Below are positions 60,261 to 60,957 of a stretch of 60,957 nucleotides of DNA, in pieces. The stretch spans positions 1 to 60,957 of the forward strand of contig JAXLNO010000318.1 in assembly GCA_038087875.1 (NCBI GenBank), written 5' to 3'. How positions within the stretch are numbered: the stretch's first letter is position 1; each line of letters begins with the position of its first letter. Below the pieces are notes generated by a model that did not search any database, had not been told where the DNA came from, and worked only from the letters and a program-made list of their open reading frames with translations. Position numbers and translations under genes: made by a program. The DNA is from Malacoraja senta. Taxonomy: Eukaryota.

Positions 60261-60798
60261 AAGGTGACATTTCAGGTCAGGACCTTGAGGGCTTTGTGTC
60301 TCTTATTTTGTAAACCAGCATCTGCAGTTCTCATGTCTACATTTTACTGTTTCACTGCAAAATCTCCTCAAGGTCCAGACATGAAATATCATCTATTAAT
60401 GTTCTCTATTGATGTTCTCCAGTGATGCTGCCTGACCCATTGAGTTATTCCAGCAATTTGTGCCTCTTTTTGTCCAGTAAATAGTTGATGCCTTTGGGGA
60501 GGGGAGGTGAATTAATGACATGTCATGTTGAATATCAAGGAAAGATAGTTTGCTACTAATTTCAGAGATAGTTATTGTGTAACATATGTGTCACTTGTCA
60601 CAACATGCTTGAACATTGCTTATTAGGTTTTGCTGCCTGTAGAAATAGACTGCTTCATTACTCGGGAAATGAGAATCTAAAGGTGGAGGGAAGGACCTTG
60701 ATGAAGATGAAGCTAAAACCACAGATGGCTGAGCCTAGAACACTGTCTTGAGGAACTCTGACAGTGATATGATATCTACCAGTGATTCAGTGCCACAT

Positions 60799-60957
60799 TG
60801 GCACGGCTGGTGGAGCTGCAGCTTCCAAACGCCAGAGACCAGGATTCAATCCTGACCTCGGGTATGTGTGGAGTTTGCACGTTCATCGTGTAACCATGTA
60901 GGTTTCCTACAGGAGCTCCGGTTTCCTCCCACATCTCCAAGCCATGCAAGTTTGCAG
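60799..60957 (+). mobile_element. V-domain SINE, running off the window end
   Basis: ggcacggctggtggag..ggattcaatcc..tgtgtggagtttgcacgttc..ctccggtttcctcccaca. Confidence 0.8.

Overview
Eukaryotic, repeat-saturated, apparently non-coding (intergenic or intronic) DNA. The mix of CR1 LINEs, V-domain tRNA-SINEs, Penelope-like elements and Rex1/L2 fragments suggests a cartilaginous fish (skate, ray or shark). That assignment is inferred from repeat content only. I recognise no host protein-coding exon, rRNA, tRNA gene or CRISPR array, and essentially all long ORFs are transposon-derived or low-complexity artefacts. Main structured elements: (1) a full-length DIRS1-type tyrosine-recombinase retrotransposon (49491-55354) with ITRs, internal complementary region, gag-like, RT-RNaseH-MT and YR ORFs, carrying a nested ~1 kb MITE; (2) a 4.3 kb non-autonomous Helitron (10739-15028) and a related 5' Helitron part (30641-32051), both carrying a TATA/ETS/Inr promoter-like module and different tandem arrays; (3) Penelope remnants with TSDs and minimal hammerhead-ribozyme-like cores; (4) four GC-rich non-autonomous retroposons sharing a covarying hairpin but carrying different LINE-type tails; (5) a Harbinger-type MITE; (6) an ~11.7 kb nest of CR1, Helitron, Rex1, L2 and Penelope insertions. 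Boundaries of old, degenerate repeats are approximate.
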